NCBI RefSeq assembly: GCF_006345805.1
Contig: NC_042999.1
Span: 119,846,001 to 119,910,000 of the forward strand
DNA from: Octopus sinensis
Taxonomy: Eukaryota
Length of the DNA: 64,000 bases
Direction: 5' to 3'
The notes under the pieces were generated by a model. It was not told where the DNA came from and searched no databases. It worked only from the letters and a program-made list of their open reading frames with translations. A program made the translations under genes and the position numbers. This document shows positions 62,118 to 64,000 of this stretch, piece after piece; position 1 is the stretch's first letter, and every line of letters begins with the position of its first letter.

Positions 62118-64000
62118 GAAAATGGGACAAGTACGCAAAACATCCAGATAGACGATACAAAAAAAAACAAGGACGGGTCATTCGGAGTTGTTTTCCTTAG
62201 TTAAGTTCCAGATTAGCTTTGCAATTTCGGCTGTAGTCAGCTTGCCAAAAAAATCTGTAGGTAATTTATATATTAAATTAATAATTATATGTATATGTAT
62301 ATAATAATATATAATAATATGAAGGGAGCATGCTTGAAAATGCCAAGGCACTCAGATACTTCTATGCAGGAGATAGAACGTTTTTCGCCCTTCTCCCTTA
62401 ATATCATTACATACATATATATATATAATTATTAATTTAATGTATGTATATATATATACAGGGAAAGAGAGAGACAGAGAGATTGTTTGAAGTGCTGAAC
62501 AGATCATATATATTAATATATGAGTGTGTATTGGGCGTGTGTATTATGTATATATAGAAAGGGTTAGAGAGAATGAGAGGGGGGGAGAGAGCGAGGATGG
62601 AGAGAGTGTGGGGAGGGATAGAGAAAGGCTGTTTTTCCTGGAATACATCGTTCAAACTAATCAAACTGTTTTCGAACATTTCAATACTCCTGTAAATTGA
62701 ATATACTCTGACTGTATATTTTCAGTGGCAAACCCCACAAAGAGATTATATGAGTTTGAAACGTATAAATATACCTTGGCTTAAAGATTTTACATAAATT
62801 TCCATGTTGCGTCTCTGTACTGGTGATTAAATGTTTTATAAGTATTTTTCTGCATCAGTAAGAGAAGACAGACAGCTGCGTCCTGTGGTGGCTGAGACAT
62901 GAAGTTCCGAAAACACAGTAATGTTATAATAGCCATAAAAAATCATCAGCATATGTCGATTATTTTCTTGTATGAGTATTTTATCATCATCCAGCATTTG
63001 AGAAATCTAAAGTGACGGAGTACTCATTTTGGTTAGTTTAGCAGTAGATCAAATGTAACGTATTAAATTAATTTCAATTTAATTCAGTTGCCTTCTATGT
63101 TTTGTCGTTGTATAAAAATACAAAGATATTTTCATTGTAAATGTAGTTTATACAATTATAAAACATAAAACAATTTATACGTATCTTAGTACACAGGAGG
63201 CAGAAATATTAATTTTTAAAACCCAAAAATATTACATAGTTTTTCTTTTATAACTTTGCTGTTGTATTCTAAATATTAATAGATATTACATATATTTACA
63301 TTTGCAAATAATTTTAAACTCTTTATATTCTGCACCTAAATTTAATAGCTGCTTTTATAATTGATAGGAGTTTTGAAATAATCAAATTTGTGTTGAATAT
63401 TGTAGGAGTTTCAACAACAACAAAAATCAAAAGCAATCATATATATTGTATATCATTGATGTTAAATAACAAACAAAAAAGGTATATTTTCATTAGGTAG
63501 GTACAATATGATCTGTCATATGGATATTGACAATCAAATTAACAATATCTATGCACATTAGTTGTACACATTTCAAATTTTCTAGAGGGAAATGGAAGGA
63601 AAAACATCGACAGGGAAAGAGGTAAACTCAGGCAGTAAAGAATCAAAGTGAATATAACTGCTAGTGCTTCACCTTATCAAATGAAATTAATAATCAGCAA
63701 CGATATATTTGCAATACAGTATTAGATATAGCATACATACAATAAGCGGGGTCAGTAGGAGTATGTAATGTAGTGGACTCTCTAACATGCGCCATTTATT
63801 TATGTACACCTATATTTTGAGAGCAAATCTTATCGAAACTGACGTAATTATCATGCCTTGGCCCTCAGTAGAGTAAGTACACCTCTTTGCTGCAAGCGGA
63901 TTTCGTCAAGTAATCGTACATACACACCTGTGGCTTTGTAACAATATCAAAAAAATAAAAATTAGTTGTGTAGGTATACCAGGTTGAGTCAAGCTTTAAT

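Noticed and set aside
62115-62420. Possible decayed hammerhead halves (GCTG..CAGCCGAAA on minus; TGAAGGGAGCATGCTTGAAA on plus)
   Set aside because: The CUGANGA core is missing and stem I cannot be assigned; too degenerate to call

Overview
AT-rich, repeat-dense eukaryotic DNA. The SINE, R4/Dong-like LINE, mariner and microsatellite content suggests a cephalopod, probably Octopus (inference, no database search). No known host gene could be recognised; nearly all long ORFs in the track are microsatellite artefacts or decayed transposon fragments. TE content: several restriction-like-endonuclease (R4/Dong-type) non-LTR fragments ending in (AAT)n, RTE, L1/Tx1-type and Penelope-type RT fragments, a Gypsy integrase/LTR remnant, two mariner families, three non-autonomous Helitrons and at least five SINE families. 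The standout signal is a set of minimal type I hammerhead ribozymes (HHR). One is a fully canonical HHR at 32224-32268 (+). Another, at 58939-58979 (-), carries a compensatory-looking U3-A8 core. Both sit in ~353-360 bp partially tandem units next to (TA)n arrays and share covarying downstream hairpins, consistent with a retrozyme or non-autonomous Penelope-type family. A tRNA-headed SINE family also carries an HHR in its tail (intact at 26422-26467, -). A phase-compatible three-exon candidate gene lies on the minus strand at 49093-50856 (low to moderate confidence). Boundaries of decayed elements are approximate.
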